Positions 6,595-10,292 of a stretch of DNA of 10,292 nucleotides are shown piece by piece (within the stretch, counting starts at the first letter, position 1; each line of letters opens with the position of its first letter). Where the stretch lies: NCBI GenBank assembly GCA_964248365.1, contig CAXTYC010000068.1:1-10292 (forward strand), read 5' to 3'. Below the pieces are notes generated by a model. That model saw nothing but the letters and a program-made list of their open reading frames with translations. It was not told the origin of the DNA and did no database searches. The position numbers and the translations under genes were made by a program. Source of the DNA: an uncultured Chroococcidiopsis sp. (lineage in GTDB: Bacteria; Cyanobacteriota; Cyanobacteriia; Cyanobacteriales; Chroococcidiopsidaceae).

Positions 6595-7923
6595 TTACAA
6601 TCGAATTTCACCTTTTATACTACCAAAGTTAATTTTTGTTCCCACAGCTAGGGTAACGCTGCGTCCAGGTTCCACCTCCTTAATGCTGCCATCTGCCGTT
6701 GCGATCGCCCATTTTTGGTCAGAGTAATTTTTCAGCCCCCAAATTTTTGGATCTTTCGGGTTTTGATTGACAGCTGCCACTGGTCGAGAAAAGTCATACA
6801 ATCTTTGCGGATCGACATGGTGGGGGAACAGTTGCGTGTTATAGTTCAACATCACCACATACTTACCAATACGAATTCTAGGAGGTAGCGGTAAACTCAT
6901 TCCACACGCCCAACAAGGTTTGAGCTTACCCCCTGTAGCTTTTAAAACATCGGGATCGTAAAAGTTTTCAGCACCGCACTCAGGACAGTAGATGGTGGAG
7001 TCACGCAAACGAATCATTGCGCTACGCCACACGCTTTCTGCAACCCGCCCGCTTTCGGGTTCCCGAATGCCATCAGTAAAAGCTTTAATAAATAAATCGC
7101 GTAGAAATTGAGGATAAATCGGCCAGAAGCTCAAAGCATTGTCTTGGTAGCCTGGAACCGGACGATTGGAATTATCTTGAGGATCGAAGATAAACACAGC
7201 TTCGCTGCCGTAGAGCTTGTTCATCGCAGGTAAATCTAGAGATCTAATCTGTGCTTCCTTCTGACCTTCCAGTGGATGGTGAACCATGAACATATAAAAC
7301 AGCAAAATAGACAGAGAAAATAAATCTGTTTGGGCGCAAGGTATTGCTTCGCCGCGTACTATTTCTGGAGCCATAAAGCGTGGCGTACCCAAGATGCCAC
7401 TTTTACCCTCACCATCCACAGAAACGTTGTCGTTGTCACAAATGAGGATATCACCCGTGTTAGGGTCAAAAAAAACATTGCCAAAAGAAATATCGCGGTA
7501 ACACAGACCTTTAGCATGAAGTTGAAAGAAACTGTCGGCTAGCTGAAATCCTGCTGTGGCTAATGCCGCAAAGCTCGGCTCGACTCGCCGCTTCATTAAG
7601 TCTACAAAGCTGGTGTAACGTGGTTCTCGCAACTCCATAATGTAGCCAAAGCTTGGCACGTCGGGTGCTGATGCCAATTCCATCGGCCAGAGGAATTTAT
7701 CGCTTGGCGCGCCTAATCCAATCGCTTTTTCTAACCGCTCTCGCTGTTGAATTTCGTAGTGCAAGTAGTGAGGAAAATACCATTTCAAAGCGATTTTTTG
7801 GTTGCCTAAACTAGCCTGATAAACTTCTCCTTGACCGCCACCGCCGAGGAATTTCTCGACTGTGCAAGCTATTCCAGAAGATTCTGTGCGAACTGTTTGC
7901 CCAATGCTCAAAATCTCATTCAC
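6595..7923 (-). CDS. Ser/Thr protein kinase, YegI/TerY-P-associated type, with C-terminal zinc ribbon and probable FHA-like domain
   Basis: GGGGQGEVY loop, ALKWY, YRDISFGN catalytic loop, DNDN in place of DFG, GTPRFMAPE, TDLFSL, then CPEC...CWAC. GTG start with RBS AAAGGAGA. Confidence 0.85.
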   Translation of the reverse strand: MNEILSIGQTVRTESSGIACTVEKFLGGGGQGEVYQASLGNQKIALKWYFPHYLHYEIQQRERLEKAIGLGAPSDKFLWPMELASAPDVPSFGYIMELREPRYTSFVDLMKRRVEPSFAALATAGFQLADSFFQLHAKGLCYRDISFGNVFFDPNTGDILICDNDNVSVDGEGKSGILGTPRFMAPEIVRGEAIPCAQTDLFSLSILLFYMFMVHHPLEGQKEAQIRSLDLPAMNKLYGSEAVFIFDPQDNSNRPVPGYQDNALSFWPIYPQFLRDLFIKAFTDGIREPESGRVAESVWRSAMIRLRDSTIYCPECGAENFYDPDVLKATGGKLKPCWACGMSLPLPPRIRIGKYVVMLNYNTQLFPHHVDPQRLYDFSRPVAAVNQNPKDPKIWGLKNYSDQKWAIATADGSIKEVEPGRSVTLAVGTKINFGSIKGEIRL

Positions 7924-7940
7924 TTTGCTTTTTCTCCTTT

Positions 7941-8251
7941 TTACTCACAAGTGATGGAGTTGTTTTTCGGAGACTGTACTGTAGCAGCAGTAGGTTTGCT
8001 CTGGAATTGCCCAGGCTATCGCAACCAACTTGGCCAAGTTTGGGTAATTTCTGGTCGGTGGATTTGCAACCACAACAAGATGTCTGCGGCAACGCTACCC
8101 GTTGCTAAAAAAAAGTGACGCTCAGAGCATAACACAGCTTTGTGACATTTTGTCTATACTTCTTTTGGCTATGTTTTAAGTGTTGCATTTGGGTAGCGAC
8201 ATCAGAAAAATCTTCTTGGATCTGTTCTTGATTCCCAGGATTTGACGACAT
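7941..8251 (-). pseudogene. Possible decayed small membrane protein or 3' remnant of the gene upstream of the kinase
   Basis: ATG at 8251 reads MSSNPGNQEQIQEDFSDVATQMQHLKHSQKKYRQNVTKLCYALSVTFF*. A shift in the T8 run (A8 at 8107-8114) continues LATGSVAADILLWLQ..., passes one TAG at 8016-8018, and ends at TAA 7941-7943 next to the kinase RBS. Confidence 0.3.
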
Positions 8252-8254
8252 AAA

Positions 8255-8329
8255 AAATAGAGACAGCCTTCAACTACAATCCCCCGTAATACCAACAGAT
8301 AACCCTAAACACAGCGGCTGTCTCTATTT
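8255..8329. repeat. 14-bp perfect inverted repeat at the intron 3' exon
   Basis: AAATAGAGACAGCC (8255-8268) and GGCTGTCTCTATTT (8316-8329), with a 47-nt loop. On the minus strand the second arm runs into a T6 tract and an ATG. Confidence 0.7.
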
Positions 8330-8421
8330 GGTGGAGTCGAGGGGGAGTATTACCTCCCGCCCCTCTCCCTTAGAACTGGACGTGAAAGTTTCCCCTCATC
8401 CAGCTCCCGACGTTCTTAGCT

Positions 8422-10065
8422 TTAGCTTTTGCTCATGTGGATATAATCGTGGCAGGTTTCGTGAATGGCTAGAAGGCTTCGCCTCACGCGCTCAGCCGAA
8501 CGGTTGTTTTTCTTCCAGTTGTTGTGGTTTCCATCTACATGATGTAAATGTACCTTCTCATCACTGAGCAGTTTTAAGCCACAGTATCCGCATCTATGGT
8601 TCTGCCTTTTTAAGGCAGTAAAAGTTTTGCCATCGTAAAGTTTGCTGTTTCGCTCACTCCAGTAGGCTAGGTCTCCGTCAAAGGGTGATTTTTCGCCTTT
8701 AACCATGACGTGTTTGGACTCGGAGTAGGGAACTTTTGGAAACGCTTTGTCCAGTAATTTCTTGCTGGTATAACGATTCTGTTTTGGTTCCTTGTTGAAT
8801 ACCTTTTTCGCTCTTGTTTCGATGTGGTATAACGAGTTTCTCGCCCCATCCATCTTGCAGAAGCGGTGGTAATTTCTCCATCCTCGTACTATTGGGGCTA
8901 ATTTCTTAGCCTTTTCTTTTGCACCATAATTCGAGCAATTGATAATGTGTTTTACTTTCTGACGGAAGTTTTTAAAGTTGTCCACTGATGGGACGTTCCT
9001 AAATTTTCCGTTGGTTTGCACTTTGAAGTACCACCCTAAGAAATCAAACCCATCTGTCGTTGTAGTTAGCTTTGTCTTGTTTTGGCTGACATTCATTCCT
9101 CTTTGGGCAAGAAACTGGCTGATTTGGTCAAGTATCTTTCCTGCGTTATCTTTGGGTTTGAGTATAATAACCATGTCATCCGCGTAGCGGATTGAATAAT
9201 GTATTTCCTCTATTCCATTGAGCGCAATGTTAGCTAGTAACGGACTAACCACACCTCCTTGGGGTGTCCCTTGTTCGGGGTATTCTGGGTTTACTCCTGC
9301 TTTGAGACAGCGAAAGATTCCTGTCTTAATGCCCAATGGGGCGATGAGTCTTTCCATTATGGATGTGTGGCTTATCAGGCGTAAGCATTTTTCGATATCC
9401 AATTCAAGGATTCGTTTTTCTGCTCCCCTTGCATCGGATTTCAGGTTTATTTGCAGGAGTTTTTGAACGTCTTGCGTTGCACGTCCTGGTCTAAAACCGT
9501 AGCACAAGCGCGTGGAAGGTTGCGGACGTAGCGCTGGTTCCATTGCGTATTTAACTAGGCAAAGACACGCCCTGTCCGCTATGGTTGGGACTTTTAGGGT
9601 TCGAGTTTTTCCATCCTTTTTTGGGATAGGTATTTCTCGTAACTTTTGGTGTTTCCAGTTGTTAAAATGGTTCCTGAGATAGTTACTCAGGTTTAGCCTT
9701 TCGTAGAAAGTCAGAGAGGCTTTACCATCTATTCCTGCTGTCTTTTTACCGACGTTTCCTTAAAAAATAAGTCAGGCTTAATACCCAGCAGATCCCCTTT
9801 TGTACTAACCGACATATCGATGAAGCCTGACTTATTTTTTTAACGGAATTGGTGACCAGCGTTTAATTGTGATACCTGACGTACTGCCAGCATTCTTGCC
9901 GCGTAGGACTTCAGAATCAGCTTTTGTAGGGACGCGCGCTTTGGGCTTGTCTCCTGCTCGAATAGCTTTGTACACTCGCACTTGTAGGCGGAATAGATTA
10001 CGCCGGAGTTTTTTCCTGGGCGTTTTTTTCCAAAGTTCGCTAGCCTCGTGGCTGCATCCAACCAT
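8422..10065 (-). pseudogene. Group II intron reverse transcriptase/maturase with HNH endonuclease, disrupted
   Basis: N-terminus LFRLQVRVYKA from ATG 10065, one extra base at ~9933, SLQKLILKS...QVSQLNAG, then the MITE, then GKKTAGIDG...IPKKDGKTR..PTIADR, YGFRPGR, GTPQGGVVSPLLANIAL, RYADD, GFDFLG, GWRNY and CGYC...HLHHVDGNH...HETCHDYIH. Confidence 0.9.
9751..9854. mobile_element. 104-bp MITE inserted in the RT gene
   Basis: Flanked by ACC at 9748-9750 and 9855-9857 (3-bp duplication). Perfect 18-bp inverted core AAAAAATAAGTCAGGCTT / AAGCCTGACTTATTTTTT, with looser outer ends. Removing it restores QLNAGKKTAGIDG. Confidence 0.85.
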
Positions 10066-10191
10066 ACTCTACTCCTGTTGGTGTGTTCGCAAGCGCCTTG
10101 CAGCAATTACGCCGCATCCTACCCACATCGAGGAGTTCCGCTACTCGCCAGTGCCTGCCTGGGGTTCGACCTTTCCCAAGACCTCTGATGT

Positions 10192-10292
10192 GTCGGGTGA
10201 GGTTCGAGCGGTGACGCTCGAACCTCCCCTAAGAACCGGACGTGAGGCTTTCACACTCATCCGGCTCAAGCCTTACTTCAAGCGAGATAACT
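10192..10292 (-). mobile_element. Second group II intron (inner), 3' end only: domains V and VI
   Basis: DV GAGCCGGATGAGTGTGAAAGCCTCACGTCCGGTTC (10267..10233). DVI GGGGAGGTTCGAGCG-TCAC-CGCTCGAACCTCACCCGAC with a bulged A at -7 and terminal AC. Confidence 0.88.

Larger units (their letters stand above)
8331..10191 (-). mobile_element. Group II intron (outer): 3' part of ribozyme, RT ORF, domains V and VI
   Basis: DV GAGCTGGATGAGGGGAAACTTTCACGTCCAGTTC (8406..8373) has an AGC triad and GAAA loop. DVI ends ...CTCGACTCCAC with a bulged A at -7. The RT ORF lies directly upstream. The 5' end is not in the window. Confidence 0.9.

Noticed and set aside
7330..9466. Short ORFs 7330-7542, 7831-8118, 8328-8567, 8667-8849, 8699-8881, 8978-9187, 9218-9466
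   Set aside because: Antisense or alternative frames of the kinase, RT or intron RNA.
9832..10106. Two independent small genes
   Set aside because: They are the two frames of the frameshifted RT N-terminus running into the MITE.
8422..10191. Retron or defence-type RT with upstream ncRNA
   Set aside because: The domain layout and the downstream DV/DVI identify a group II intron. The upstream RNA is best read as intron domains.

Overview
Cyanobacterial DNA: four HIP1 GCGATCGC octamers and heptamer STRR-like repeats in the intergenic regions. The window has four blocks. (1) 1-1175 holds stacked IS remnants: an IS701-like element within an ISKra4-like element within an IS5-like element. (2) 1261-6402 is the tail module of an extracellular contractile injection system (eCIS, PVC/Afp-like): Pvc16/DUF4255 cap, sheath, two gp19-like tubes, two paralogous tail-assembly chaperones, and a small DUF6760-like frame that the ORF track missed. 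That frame has no start codon before its N-terminal motif and is best reached by a -1 ribosomal frameshift at TCG GGG GAG, as in phage lambda gpG/gpGT. Two 138-bp MITE copies flank the chaperone genes. (3) 6595-7923 is a convergent YegI/TerY-P-type Ser/Thr kinase, preceded by a decayed ORF. (4) 8331-end is a minus-strand group II intron whose RT/maturase/HNH ORF is broken by a frameshift and a 104-bp MITE and carries a 27-bp in-frame insert. The 3' end of a second group II intron sits inside its ribozyme (twintron). All family names come from motif recognition, not database searches.
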